A DNA stretch of 64,000 nt from Oscillospiraceae bacterium (GTDB taxonomy: Bacteria > Bacillota > Clostridia > Oscillospirales > Ruminococcaceae): positions 8,163 to 72,162 of the forward strand of contig JAZPZN010000108.1 of NCBI GenBank assembly GCA_045544715.1. The letters run 5' to 3'. The notes below the pieces were generated by a model that was not told the origin of the DNA, ran no database searches, and saw only the letters and a program-made list of their open reading frames with translations. This document shows, piece after piece, positions 9,863-20,197 of the stretch; the stretch's first letter is position 1, and each line of letters begins with the position of its first letter. A program made the translations under genes and the position numbers.

Positions 9863-10936
9863 TCAATTATCCGAGCATCGCTCAATGGCAAGCTGAATGA
9901 GCCTGTCAAGCAGCTCACTGTAAGGGATACCCATGTTATCCATAAGCTTCGGATACATGCTTATAGGCGTGAATCCCGGAATGGTGTTTATCTCGTTGAG
10001 GATGATATCATTCTCCGTTACAAAGAAATCCACTCTCGAAAATCCGCTGCAACCCATAGCTATGTAAGCCTTCTTGGCTGTTTCACGCAGCGCATCCATC
10101 TCCTCATCGCTTATCTTGGCGGGAATATCCAACACCGATGTGCCCAGCTTATACTTAGCATCGTAATCATAGAATTCCTCGGCAGGGGTTATCTGACCCG
10201 GGATAGAAGCTATAAGGTCGGTGCCGTTTCCTAGCACTGCACACTCTACCTCCTTGCCGATTATCTCGGTCTCAATGACTACCTTTGCACAGTGGGCAAA
10301 GGCGATCTTCAAACCGCTTTTTAGGCCATCCCTGTCAGCCGCACGGGATACTCCCACGGAAGAACCTGCACAGGCAGGCTTAACAAACATTGGATAGCTG
10401 CCAAGCTTTGCCTCGATCTCTTCGCAAGCCTTGTCGATATCGGGCAGTACATCACGGGTGACATAGCAATATGGTGCGGTTTTAATACCTGCGCTGTCAA
10501 GAATAGTGTGGGTGACCGCCTTATCCATACACGCAGCAGATGACAGCATATCGCATCCAACATACGGCAGACCTGCCAGAGTACAAAGACCCTGTACCGT
10601 TCCATCCTCACCGTTTGCCCCGTGCAACACCGGAAACACCGCATCCACCTTGTGGATGTGGCAATCGTCATCTCCCATAACTATGATGCCCTTGTGGAGC
10701 GCATCGGGACTGATGACCGCAGTGCAACAATCAGGATTTTTCTCCCACTCGCCTGTCTTGATATCCTCATATTCACCTGGATAGTGCATCCAGTGACCAT
10801 TCTTTGTGATACCAATACACATTACATCGTACTTGTCAGTTGGAATATTTGTAAGCACCGAATATGCTGACACCAGCGAAACATCATGCTCGCTGGAAAC
10901 ACCGCCAAAAAGTACTGCTATTTTCTGCTTAGCCAT
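9863..10936 (-). CDS. ddl: D-alanine--D-alanine ligase
   Basis: FGGVSSEHDVS, FPVLHGANGEDG, KPACAGSSVG, FYDYDAKY omega loop, NEINTIPGFTPISMYP; start MAKQKIAV at 10936. Confidence 0.93.
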   Translation of the reverse strand: MAKQKIAVLFGGVSSEHDVSLVSAYSVLTNIPTDKYDVMCIGITKNGHWMHYPGEYEDIKTGEWEKNPDCCTAVISPDALHKGIIVMGDDDCHIHKVDAVFPVLHGANGEDGTVQGLCTLAGLPYVGCDMLSSAACMDKAVTHTILDSAGIKTAPYCYVTRDVLPDIDKACEEIEAKLGSYPMFVKPACAGSSVGVSRAADRDGLKSGLKIAFAHCAKVVIETEIIGKEVECAVLGNGTDLIASIPGQITPAEEFYDYDAKYKLGTSVLDIPAKISDEEMDALRETAKKAYIAMGCSGFSRVDFFVTENDIILNEINTIPGFTPISMYPKLMDNMGIPYSELLDRLIQLAIERCSDN

Positions 10937-11048
10937 AATTGTCCACCCTTGCACAGACTCTGCTGCGCCCTTTCTTCTGGGTATAAGTATATTCGACAGC
11001 AAAAAACGATATCACCGCCGATACACCACGCATAATGATACAGAATAA

Positions 11049-11077
11049 ATTATACCATAAATACCGCATTTTTGCAA
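11049..11077 (-). promoter_or_regulatory. SigA-type promoter of ddl-DUF1934-argS-yfhO operon
   Basis: Minus strand TTGCAA-17 bp-TATAAT with TG extension. Confidence 0.7.
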
Positions 11078-11131
11078 GTGTTTGGCGGCATTTTAAGATA
11101 GATTTATCCGTCATTTTTCGCAATCCGTCAA

Positions 11132-11172
11132 AACTACAACATCCCCGAGGTACTCTCGGGGATGTTGTAGTT
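11132..11172 (-). terminator. Perfect 18-bp stem hairpin overlapping the HD-GYP gene stop
   Basis: aactacaacatccccgag-gtact-ctcggggatgttgtagtt. Confidence 0.75.
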
Positions 11173-14104
11173 ATTTATCCTGCTTTGCGGGTACTACGCC
11201 CTCTTTTATCATGTCGATCATATGCGGCACTACCTCGGGATCGAACTGCGTTCCACTAAAGCGAATCAGCTCTTCTTCGATTATCTCCTGTGACAGAGCC
11301 TTTCTGTAGCAGCGGTCGCTGCTCATCGCATCGTAGGTATCCGCAACTCCGATGATCCTTGCCACCTGAGGAATATCGCTGCCCGAAAGTCCCTCGCTGT
11401 AGCCATTGCCATCGTAACGCTCGTGATGATACTTAGCACCGCTGGAGATGCCCGAAAGCGCAGTGAAATCCTGCAATATCTCGCCGCCGATATCAACATG
11501 ACGCTGTATTACCTGCCTCTCCTCATCAGTGAGTTTTCCTGGTTTGTTGAGGATATTGTCAGGTATACCGATCTTGCCGATATCATGCATAAGCGCAACA
11601 TAATAGATATGCTCCTGCTCGTCGTCAGTCATGCCCATGCGCCTTGCAAGCTCTCTCGAATACTGCGCAACACGCACCGAGTGGCCATTCGTATATGGAT
11701 CCTTCGCATCGATAGTCTTTGCGAATGTAAGCAGTGCCTGCTCAACAATGCTCTGATACTCCCTCTGTCGGCTCTGCGCCCTTACGATCTTCAGACGCAT
11801 TATCAACACCACTATACCAACAGTCAGCGCAATAATTGCCACTGCCAGCAGCACCCAGAAAAGAGGCTCCTCGGTAAGCAGCTTTTCCTTTGTAAAATCA
11901 AAAGTATAAGTAAGCATTTCCTCAGCGTTTTCAGTGTCGTATACCCACACCTCAAAGCTATAAGCTCCACCGGGAAGATTAGTATAGCTCACACTGCCGC
12001 TGATCTCACCGTCAAGTACTGTAGCTTTTCGCTCAAATCCGTTCAGACGATAAGCAACACGCAGCCCTGAGGTATTAGCATAGCTGAGTGCGGAAAAATC
12101 TATCGTGATTCGCTGGGTACTGCTGTCAATGACCATATTCTGCGGATGCTCATATACCACATCATCAACGCTGACACTGTGCACTGTCACCCTGGGCAAC
12201 TCACGATCAATACCCTTGAATCCAAATACGCTTATGCCGTTTCTTGTAGACATTATGAGTTTTCCATCATCAGTAAGCCAATTCCACGTATTCGCATTTA
12301 TAGAGCCTGTCAGGCCGTGCTGCGTACCATAAGCTATCACGTCAGCCTTGTTTCCGCTGAGAAGATGCAGCTTTTCAACAGCAAATATGCCACTGTTTTG
12401 CAAATACCACAGCTTTCCGTCATGGTCGTAAAAATCAAATATACTGCCTGCATCCTTTGTGAAATTTGTCAGCTTTGTAAAGCTGCCATCTCTCCAGTAA
12501 TAAAGACTGCTGCCTGCACTAACAAAATAACCGCTGTCATCGCTGTTTTTCAGCATACGCAGCACAACGCCTTCCAGTAGGCCATCGTCAAAGCCATGGG
12601 GGATTAGTTGTCCGTCTGATATCTCGTAGATACCTGCACCATCACTGCCCGCATAAAAGGTTCCGTTCTCACCCTCCTCAAAGCAGAGTATAGTGGGATT
12701 TGTCATGCCGTCATCCTGAGTGTAGCTTTCAACCACCTTGCCATTTTCAATTATGCTGATGCCTGTCTGAGTGCCTACGACGATCCTACCGTCGCTGAGC
12801 TCCATAAGCACCCTGGCACGATCACCAACAAGCCCATTATCCATATTGAACTTGATGATATCTCCTGTATTCGGATCATAGCACACCACCGCATTGTCAG
12901 AATAACTGGCTATCCACACCTTACCCCTGCTGTCAGCAATGATATGGCGGACACGGATGCCATCAAACATCTCGGTGAGCTCATTCGTCACCCTGTTCCA
13001 ATATTTATCACAGATAATAAGCCCATTGTCAAGACCAATATAATATCCATCCTGCTGTGCTACGGTATTCACGGTGAGCCCTGTAAGCCCTGCATCGATA
13101 TTTGGCGAGGTAAAGCTGCCCAGTGAATACTCGATGATACCATGGCTTGACGATGCAAGCCACAGATTATTTTCATAGTCGCTGGTAGCTGCATTGACAG
13201 ACATCGCATGGTCATCCTCGCCAAACTCTGCTATGCTGCCATCGTCATAAATCACCGCCATACCCTGCAAGCCGCTGACAAGGATATAGCCATTCTTCTG
13301 CGCATTGACCTGATTGTGTGTGACAACACCGCCTGTAGTATAATATCTGGCAGAATATCCGTCGGGGTCAAGGCTGTCAGAATCAAAGCTAAGCACCGCC
13401 ACCTCATTGCCTGATGTTCCTAGCACGATATTGCCATCGCTATCTGCATCAAGGCTGTAGATATCCACATCGTCAAATATCTCATCGGAAGCAAATATCT
13501 CTACAAGACTGCCATCTTTTACTACTGCACAGTCGCCATTGTTGAGGGCTCCCCACACACGGCCACGGGAATCCTCAGCGACCGAATACACTGTGTTGCC
13601 CATTACCCCATCAATTTCATAGCCGATGATCTTTCCATCTCGCACTTCGCCCATACCCGAATTTGAACCTACATAGATGGTACCGTCAGCACCCTCATCA
13701 AAGCCTCTTATGCAAAGATAGGTATAATTATCGGGGGATCCGATCTTGGTGAACACATCGTTCTGCAACATATAAACGCCTGCATCATTAGTGCCTATCC
13801 ATAGTCTGCCTTTTGTATCCTCAAATAGCGAGCGGATGGAGCTTGAGCCTATCAACCCCTCAACGCTGTAGTTTCTGAAATTCGTTCCGTCATATCTGAT
13901 CAAACCGCCATAGCTGCCTATCCATATATACCCGTCAGAGGTCTGAAGCACAACGTTTGCCTCTCCTGTGGGCAACCCGTTCATCTCGTTATAAACCGTG
14001 ACCACATACGGCTTTTCAACTCCTATAGCAGCAGCGGATATCGTCGTAATGACACCTGCAGCCAACATTGCCGCAAGCATACAACAAATAATGCTCTTTC
14101 TCAT
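11171..14104 (-). CDS. Membrane-anchored sensor: beta-propeller (Reg_prop-like) repeats + Y_Y_Y domain + TM + HD-GYP phosphodiesterase
   Basis: Signal peptide; repeats such as DGYIWIGSYGGLIRYDG, DTKGRLWIGT, DSRGKVWIAS; YRLNGF..VSYTNLPGGAYSFEV (Y_Y_Y); TM; DAKDPYTNGHS, HDIGKIG, HHERYDGNGYS, ADTYDAM..DRCYR. Confidence 0.85.
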   Translation of the reverse strand: MRKSIICCMLAAMLAAGVITTISAAAIGVEKPYVVTVYNEMNGLPTGEANVVLQTSDGYIWIGSYGGLIRYDGTNFRNYSVEGLIGSSSIRSLFEDTKGRLWIGTNDAGVYMLQNDVFTKIGSPDNYTYLCIRGFDEGADGTIYVGSNSGMGEVRDGKIIGYEIDGVMGNTVYSVAEDSRGRVWGALNNGDCAVVKDGSLVEIFASDEIFDDVDIYSLDADSDGNIVLGTSGNEVAVLSFDSDSLDPDGYSARYYTTGGVVTHNQVNAQKNGYILVSGLQGMAVIYDDGSIAEFGEDDHAMSVNAATSDYENNLWLASSSHGIIEYSLGSFTSPNIDAGLTGLTVNTVAQQDGYYIGLDNGLIICDKYWNRVTNELTEMFDGIRVRHIIADSRGKVWIASYSDNAVVCYDPNTGDIIKFNMDNGLVGDRARVLMELSDGRIVVGTQTGISIIENGKVVESYTQDDGMTNPTILCFEEGENGTFYAGSDGAGIYEISDGQLIPHGFDDGLLEGVVLRMLKNSDDSGYFVSAGSSLYYWRDGSFTKLTNFTKDAGSIFDFYDHDGKLWYLQNSGIFAVEKLHLLSGNKADVIAYGTQHGLTGSINANTWNWLTDDGKLIMSTRNGISVFGFKGIDRELPRVTVHSVSVDDVVYEHPQNMVIDSSTQRITIDFSALSYANTSGLRVAYRLNGFERKATVLDGEISGSVSYTNLPGGAYSFEVWVYDTENAEEMLTYTFDFTKEKLLTEEPLFWVLLAVAIIALTVGIVVLIMRLKIVRAQSRQREYQSIVEQALLTFAKTIDAKDPYTNGHSVRVAQYSRELARRMGMTDDEQEHIYYVALMHDIGKIGIPDNILNKPGKLTDEERQVIQRHVDIGGEILQDFTALSGISSGAKYHHERYDGNGYSEGLSGSDIPQVARIIGVADTYDAMSSDRCYRKALSQEIIEEELIRFSGTQFDPEVVPHMIDMIKEGVVPAKQDK

Positions 14105-14235
14105 TTTATACCTCCCTTTTTTGAGTGGTCTCTACATATATCTACATCGATTATTTATATAAATTATAGCATATTTTATAACAAAATACCACTATTGTAT
14201 CCGTAGAAAATAAAAAAGCGAATCAAGTTTATATA

Positions 14236-14264
14236 TTGCTTTTTGCATAATTTTGCGTTATAAT
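14236..14264 (+). promoter_or_regulatory. SigA-type promoter of acyltransferase gene
   Basis: TTGCTT-17 bp-TATAAT. Confidence 0.6.
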
Positions 14265-14319
14265 TTACTCAGCATATCTGCATACTTAAAAGCACTGATT
14301 AGCACGAAAGGAAATCAAT

Positions 14320-15555
14320 ATGTCACTTAACAACAAAAAACGGGACTTTACTCCCTTTGATATGAAAAAACGTCCCTGCCGCCCTAATCCTCTGCTGATG
14401 CCGATAGTTTGGGGTGCCAGCTTTATATGTACCAGAAGATTTTCTCTTAAAATAGATAAGACAGGCTTAAACGGTCTTAAGCCTCCCTATCTCATACTGG
14501 CAACACATCAAGGCTTTGCAGATTATTACATAGCACCTCTTGCCACATTTCCGCACCGTCCCAGCTATGTATCGGATATGGAGGGATTTGCAGCCTTCGG
14601 AAACTGGCTTTACAGAAGCATCGGATGCATCGGAAAGCGACGCTTTGTGCCTGATCCTACCGTTATCGCAAATATCCGCCACACACTCAAAGATGGGCGA
14701 ATAGCCGTACTATACCCCGAAAGCCGCCACTGCAACGCAGGACTCACATCGCTGATCCCCGACAATATGGGAAAGCTATGCAAGCTACTGGGAGTCCCTG
14801 TAGTTATACTCGCCGCAAAGGGCTGCTATCTTGCAAATCCTTTCTGGAATGAAGAAAGCACACGCAAGGCAAAGATCACCGCATCCCTAGAATGTATCTG
14901 CACATCAGAACAACTACAGAAGATATCCGCAGAAGAGCTGCAAAGCATCATAGAAAAAAAACTCACCTATAACGAGTATGAATATCAGAAGCAGAACAGT
15001 ATCCGCATCTCCTCGAAAGAGCTTTGCAAGGGGCTGCATTTTCCGCTCTACCGCTGCTATAACTGCAAAACCGATTATTCAACATCTTCCGATTCCGAGA
15101 GGATATACTGCAATGTCTGCAGTGCTTCATGGACGATGAACGACCTCGGCGAGCTCGTCTCGGACAGCGGAACCGTCGTTACTGTTCCCGAATGGTACAA
15201 CGAAGAGGAACAAGCCGTAATAAACGAGCTGGAAAAAGGCAAATATCATGCAGAATTCAATGTGCGAGTAGATGCCTTGCCGAACGAAAAGGGCTTCATT
15301 CCACTGGGCGAGGGAAGGCTGACGCATACCGCTGAAGGTTTTTCGCTTATAATTAATGCAAAAGAGCTTCATTTCAGCTCCGCCACTATGGACTCAGTGC
15401 AGACCGAATACAACTACCGTGGCAGAGGAAGCTGCCTAGTGCTCTCTGACAGGGATTGCTGCTATTACTGCTACTGTGACGCAAAGGATTTCAGCCTTAC
15501 TAAGCTGCAATTTGCAGCAGAGTATTTCCATAAGCTTAACAAAAAAAGCAAATGA
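14320..15555 (+). CDS. Lysophospholipid/1-acylglycerol-3-phosphate acyltransferase family protein with C-terminal Cys4 ribbon
   Basis: HxxxxD motif (THQGFAD), IGKRRF, LYPESR (FPEG-like block); later CYNC...CNVC. Confidence 0.7.
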   Translation: MSLNNKKRDFTPFDMKKRPCRPNPLLMPIVWGASFICTRRFSLKIDKTGLNGLKPPYLILATHQGFADYYIAPLATFPHRPSYVSDMEGFAAFGNWLYRSIGCIGKRRFVPDPTVIANIRHTLKDGRIAVLYPESRHCNAGLTSLIPDNMGKLCKLLGVPVVILAAKGCYLANPFWNEESTRKAKITASLECICTSEQLQKISAEELQSIIEKKLTYNEYEYQKQNSIRISSKELCKGLHFPLYRCYNCKTDYSTSSDSERIYCNVCSASWTMNDLGELVSDSGTVVTVPEWYNEEEQAVINELEKGKYHAEFNVRVDALPNEKGFIPLGEGRLTHTAEGFSLIINAKELHFSSATMDSVQTEYNYRGRGSCLVLSDRDCCYYCYCDAKDFSLTKLQFAAEYFHKLNKKSK

Positions 15556-15568
15556 TGCTTACATACAC

Positions 15569-15600
15569 ATATCGCCCCCTGCTTATGCAGGGGGCGATAT
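15569..15600. terminator. Perfect 14-bp hairpin between convergent genes
   Basis: atatcgccccctgc-ttat-gcagggggcgatat. Confidence 0.8.
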
Positions 15601-15603
15601 TCA

Positions 15604-17562
15604 TTAATTCACCTTGAACAGATCGACCTGATCCTTCAGCAGTCTCGACTGACCACTCAGCTCCTCGCAGGAAGCGGCAGTCTCCTCTGCAGTTGCAGAG
15701 TTCTGCTGTACAACGCCTGCTATCTGCTCGATGCCGATCGTCACCTGCTTTATCGACTCCGCCTGAGCCGCAGCAGCAGTGTAGATATCGCCGACAAGTG
15801 CATTTGTTTCGCCTGTCATCTCCATTACCTCAGCCATTGTGTCGGCAGTAGCATTTGCTATTCTCACGCCGTTGTTAACAGCCTCAACGGAAGCCGAGAT
15901 AAGCTCGGTCGTATTGTTTGCAGCCTCGGCAGATTTTGCCGCAAGATTTCTTACCTCGTCAGCAACTACTGCAAAGCCCTTGCCGGCTTCGCCTGCCCTT
16001 GCTGCCTCAATAGCAGCATTAAGTGCAAGTATATTTGTCTGGAATGCAATATCTTCGATAGTCTTGATGATATCGCTGATCTGTGTGGATTTCTCCCTGA
16101 TCTCGTCCATTGCAGCAAGCATCTCCTGCATCTCACCGTTTTGCTCGCCGACCTTCTGACGTGCAGTCTCTGAGAGAGCATTCGCCTTCTCTGCATTCTT
16201 TGCAGTCTCGGATACCTGTGTGTTGATACCCTCAATGGTAGAAGAAAGCTCATCGATAGCAGTTGCCTGCTTCGTTGTACCCTCAGCAAGCATCTGAGAG
16301 CCATCAGCTATCTGATTTGCACCAGTCATTACATCATCTGCGGATGCATTCATATTGGAGATGATATCATGCAAAGTCGCTTGTATCTGATCAAAGGAAA
16401 GCTTTATCTGCTCAAAATCGCCGATATATTCTACCTCAGGCTGCGCAGTAAAATCACCCTCTGCCATGCCCGAAAGTATTCTTGAAATATCACCGATATA
16501 AGAATTCATGTTATGCTTTGTTTCCTCAAGATGCCTTACAAAGTCGCCTATCTCATCCTTTGCAAACTTGTGGGTAGAATCGGGAATATTAAGCTGTCCC
16601 TTACTCATGGCAGTGGATATCTTCTCTGCCTCTGCGATGGGCTGTTCAATAACCTTCTTCATAACAATGACAAGAATGACATCAATAACTATCATCGCAA
16701 CCAGCGCAATTGCAACAGCGATAATTACGGTAATAAGGAACTGTTTGTCGCTCTCTGCGGAGGAGTAGCCTGCAAAATACGCACCTACTACTCTGCCATT
16801 GATATCATACATAGGAACATAATCAACAAAGTGGTTCTGACCGAGGATATCAGCCTTGCCCGCATAAGACTCGCCATTTTCCAGTACCTTCTTAGCGATA
16901 TTGTCAGCCATCGTTGTGCCTACAGCCCTGGCGCTACCATCTGCACTCATAACAGTCGTAGCATAGCGCACATTGTTGTGGAAAATAGTGATCTCAGCAT
17001 GGGTCTCAGACTTTACCTCATCTACAAAATCAAGGCTATTGAGATTCATACCGATCACGGCTGTACCGACTACTGCCTCATAATACTTTACAGGAGTTAT
17101 ATACTGTATCGTAAGACCAGCTACCGAGTCCTCAACTATACCGAGAACAGGGGTTTCAAGATTTATATACTGGCTATAGTCGTAATCTGCCAACGCATAA
17201 TTTTCAGACTGCCATGTAATATCACCGCTGGAACCTGTGAACGCAGCAAAATCCGCACTCTCAGCACGTCTGAGCCACTCAGCCTCAAGCTGAGAAATAT
17301 ACGTAGATGCGCCAATTGCTGTATTACCCGCAAGACCGCAGGAATCGAAATACACATAAAGCTGTCCGAGACGCTCCATATGATCCACTACCTCACTCTG
17401 AAGGATGTATGCGCTGGTCTCCGACTGATTCTGCATTATACCGTCGCTGTATTTTGCTGACAGCAATATAGTTGAGCAGGTCGTTACACCTATACTGAGC
17501 ACCAGCATAAATCCTACTATAAGCAGTAATTTTTGACCTAATCTTGACATTCCAAATCTCAT
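15604..17562 (-). CDS. Methyl-accepting chemotaxis protein with Cache-type sensor and HAMP
   Basis: Two TMs flanking RYATTV...RAVGT (sCache-like), HAMP (KDEIG), [37 protein letters not shown]; start MRFG at 17562 has an RBS. Confidence 0.93.
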   Translation of the reverse strand: MRFGMSRLGQKLLLIVGFMLVLSIGVTTCSTILLSAKYSDGIMQNQSETSAYILQSEVVDHMERLGQLYVYFDSCGLAGNTAIGASTYISQLEAEWLRRAESADFAAFTGSSGDITWQSENYALADYDYSQYINLETPVLGIVEDSVAGLTIQYITPVKYYEAVVGTAVIGMNLNSLDFVDEVKSETHAEITIFHNNVRYATTVMSADGSARAVGTTMADNIAKKVLENGESYAGKADILGQNHFVDYVPMYDINGRVVGAYFAGYSSAESDKQFLITVIIAVAIALVAMIVIDVILVIVMKKVIEQPIAEAEKISTAMSKGQLNIPDSTHKFAKDEIGDFVRHLEETKHNMNSYIGDISRILSGMAEGDFTAQPEVEYIGDFEQIKLSFDQIQATLHDIISNMNASADDVMTGANQIADGSQMLAEGTTKQATAIDELSSTIEGINTQVSETAKNAEKANALSETARQKVGEQNGEMQEMLAAMDEIREKSTQISDIIKTIEDIAFQTNILALNAAIEAARAGEAGKGFAVVADEVRNLAAKSAEAANNTTELISASVEAVNNGVRIANATADTMAEVMEMTGETNALVGDIYTAAAAQAESIKQVTIGIEQIAGVVQQNSATAEETAASCEELSGQSRLLKDQVDLFKVN

Positions 17563-17677
17563 AAGTATCTTCCTTCCACTGTAATTATGCAAAATGCACA
17601 TTTATTTATAACAATTATAGCATATCGTGCAAAAATTGTCAACACAAGGTCGTCATAATTTACGACTTTCGTCGTTT

Positions 17678-18622
17678 TTACCTATCTCTTCCACAGGAGC
17701 GGCACACCGAGTCGTTCACTCCATTTATGTATGAACAGTAGTGGCATTCCCATTCGCCGTGCTCATTAGCAACCCTCAGCCTGCGCTGTATCTTTCCACT
17801 CAGATTGTGCACATTGCCACTTTCAGCCTTTTGTGTCAGACGGCTTATCTGCACTATGCCATAGTACATCATGCCAAAACTTATGATATTTCCCGTAACC
17901 AGCATAAGATACAAGTCTATTTCCGCAACAAAAGACAGCATCGTTTGTATCGCTGCCTGTTTCTTCATTAGCACAGGTATAAGCAGAATGATTGCGAATG
18001 CCTGAAAAACAGAGAACATTATCAACAGAGGTATCGCTACATATTTCGCCTTATCCCAGACAAGCTCAGTACCGTTTGACGAACTGCCTCCGGATATCTC
18101 AACGGGATGAGTATCCACATATCTGGATACACCCTCTTGATTCCAGATTGCGTGATAGAACTCCACATCCTCCGTTCCACGAATATTATATTCCATCAGA
18201 AACTCGTGAAAATCCCACTCATCGGGAGCGGAATCCCAATACTCACGTACCTGCTCCCTTGCAAGCTGTGTCTTTTCGTAGAGCTTACGTTCCTCAAAGG
18301 TCATATCCTCAAGCATATGAGCGTGATACTCCTCGGCAGTTATCTCGTGTGGGTCTTTACCTATTATCCCCGTCATAAAAAGCACCGCAAACACGCAGAT
18401 AAAAAGCTCTATCAATACAGCCCCGAATATCATCATAGAAGAAAAACTCAGCTCGGTCTTTTCACGCTTTGTAAAGCTGTCATCAAGCTCCAGCTTTTTG
18501 AAGATATCGATAGGCGTAGTTTTTTGTCCACAGGTGGGACAGGTTTTTTCAGCCCCGTGGAGCGGCTGATAGCAGAGGCTGCAATAATACGACATATTCG
18601 AGAACAGCTTTTCATATTTCAT
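17678..18622 (-). CDS. Membrane protein with N-terminal zinc ribbon and C-terminal RanBP2/NZF-type zinc finger
   Basis: CSLC-x10-CPTC at N-terminus, 3-4 hydrophobic segments, C-terminal WECHYCSYINGVNDSVCRSC. Confidence 0.65.
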   Translation of the reverse strand: MKYEKLFSNMSYYCSLCYQPLHGAEKTCPTCGQKTTPIDIFKKLELDDSFTKREKTELSFSSMMIFGAVLIELFICVFAVLFMTGIIGKDPHEITAEEYHAHMLEDMTFEERKLYEKTQLAREQVREYWDSAPDEWDFHEFLMEYNIRGTEDVEFYHAIWNQEGVSRYVDTHPVEISGGSSSNGTELVWDKAKYVAIPLLIMFSVFQAFAIILLIPVLMKKQAAIQTMLSFVAEIDLYLMLVTGNIISFGMMYYGIVQISRLTQKAESGNVHNLSGKIQRRLRVANEHGEWECHYCSYINGVNDSVCRSCGRDR

Positions 18623-18633
18623 ATTATCACCCC

Positions 18634-19383
18634 TTATTCTATCTTGAGCTTTTTGTAATAGTCAAGCGCAGAAAATGATCGCTCCGTCCTCGTTAGAAAG
18701 TAGCACTCCGTCACCTTTGACAGCAGCTTTGAATTCTCCTCGCCAAGCGTAAAACGAAAAGCCTTATCAAGCGGTGCATAGAGGATATTTCGCATAGCCG
18801 CCAACACATCGGGTGTGAGAGTAAAATATCTCCCACCGAAGTCCTTGTCGAAGCATTCACCGCAGACCAGCTCACCGCTGTCGGGGAGAAAATACATATC
18901 CTCGCTCTCATAGCATCCGCAGTTAAAGCAAGCCCTTAGGTCAGGATAATATCCCAGCATAGCGGAAAATCTCAGCTCAAAGGCAGAGCGCACTATATCA
19001 AGATTTTCTGCCTTCTTCGTTTCAAAAAGGGCAATAGCAAAAAATCTCACTATACTGTCCTGCGACTGCTCCTCAGGCGTACAGAATCTCACCGCCTGCG
19101 CAAAATAAGAGGCTAGTGCCAGCTTTTCGATGTCACTGCCCAGCTCATGAAAGCTGTAGATAGGCTTTGCACTGTTTATCGTGTATCGCAGTTTTGATTT
19201 GTTAAGGCAGAATTTCGCATAGGAAAACAGTGCCGAAGAACCCAGCAGATTGCTGTTTATCTTCTTTGCACCGTGAGCGGTCGCCTCAATTATCCCCTGC
19301 TCGTCAGTGAGTATATCAAGAAAGCATCCGCTTTCACCCACCTCACGCCTGCCTACGACTATTCCATCATAAGTGAACAGCAT
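18634..19383 (-). CDS. recO: DNA repair protein RecO
   Basis: GIVVGRREVGE....DILTDEQG....AHGAKK, Zn finger CFNCG...CGEC; era-recO synteny. Confidence 0.92.
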   Translation of the reverse strand: MLFTYDGIVVGRREVGESGCFLDILTDEQGIIEATAHGAKKINSNLLGSSALFSYAKFCLNKSKLRYTINSAKPIYSFHELGSDIEKLALASYFAQAVRFCTPEEQSQDSIVRFFAIALFETKKAENLDIVRSAFELRFSAMLGYYPDLRACFNCGCYESEDMYFLPDSGELVCGECFDKDFGGRYFTLTPDVLAAMRNILYAPLDKAFRFTLGEENSKLLSKVTECYFLTRTERSFSALDYYKKLKIE

Positions 19384-19395
19384 ATCCTCACCTCG

Positions 19396-20172
19396 TCAAC
19401 GGTCACTGAATATCGAAAGGTCAAAATCCTCGCCCCTGCAAAAATCTATGCGCTTTTCGATCTCCTGTATCAGCATATCAGATGATTGATCATCAAATGT
19501 CTGAAGCACTATCGGCTCATGCTCACCAAGTGCTTTCAGCTGTTTTTTGTTCAGTCGGGCATTGCCGATATATACGGGAATGATTATCCCACCGTTCTTT
19601 TTCGCCATCTTTATCTCGTGATGCACAACATAAGAGCCTGCCGTGTTCTCCGTTACAAGCAACAGTATAAAGCCGCTTGACGCTGCATTCTTTATACAGC
19701 TCTGCATTGTCGTGGCAAAGTCCACACCTGCCTCAAGCTCATCAATGCCGATATACACACGATAGTCTTTACGTGTAAGTTTATTGCAAAGCGATCTTGC
19801 AAGCCCCATATCCTCGGCAGCGTAGGAAATGTAGACCTGCAGTTGGGTCGCAATCCTGTCCACCTGTGCTTCAATATCGCCATCGGTATCCACTGTAAAT
19901 ATCTTTTTGTCTGTAAGGCTTTTAATATATTTGCACTCTGACTTCACCCATGCAGAGCGCCTAGAGTTCTCGCTGTCAACAAAAACAAACCACTCACGCT
20001 CATCTATCTCACGCTTTATGAGCCCCTCTATCTCACTGCTGTCGCTGAGGCATTTAAGATAGAACACAAGCGGCTCAAAACCGTGATGCTCAAAACGATT
20101 GCGTATCTGCCTTACAACGGAGATGTCAAAATGCGAATGCGAAATAAACACCAGACCGCCGCTGTTATCCAT
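19396..20172 (-). CDS. Tandem TIR-TIR domain protein
   Basis: Two repeats of the TIR beta-A/alpha-C signature: VFISHSHFD...SRRSAWVKSE and VYISYAAED...TAGSYVVHHE; strong AAGGAGG RBS. Confidence 0.8.
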   Translation of the reverse strand: MDNSGGLVFISHSHFDISVVRQIRNRFEHHGFEPLVFYLKCLSDSSEIEGLIKREIDEREWFVFVDSENSRRSAWVKSECKYIKSLTDKKIFTVDTDGDIEAQVDRIATQLQVYISYAAEDMGLARSLCNKLTRKDYRVYIGIDELEAGVDFATTMQSCIKNAASSGFILLLVTENTAGSYVVHHEIKMAKKNGGIIIPVYIGNARLNKKQLKALGEHEPIVLQTFDDQSSDMLIQEIEKRIDFCRGEDFDLSIFSDR

Positions 20173-20197
20173 AAAAACCTCCTTTTATTCAAACAGA

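Noticed and set aside
9863-10936. Ddl resembles VanG-type D-Ala-D-Ser ligase in its N-terminal half
   Set aside because: It has D-Ala-D-Ala signatures (FYDYDAKY, EVECAVLG, TPISMYP rather than SHSRYP) and no vanRS/vanT/vanXY neighbours.
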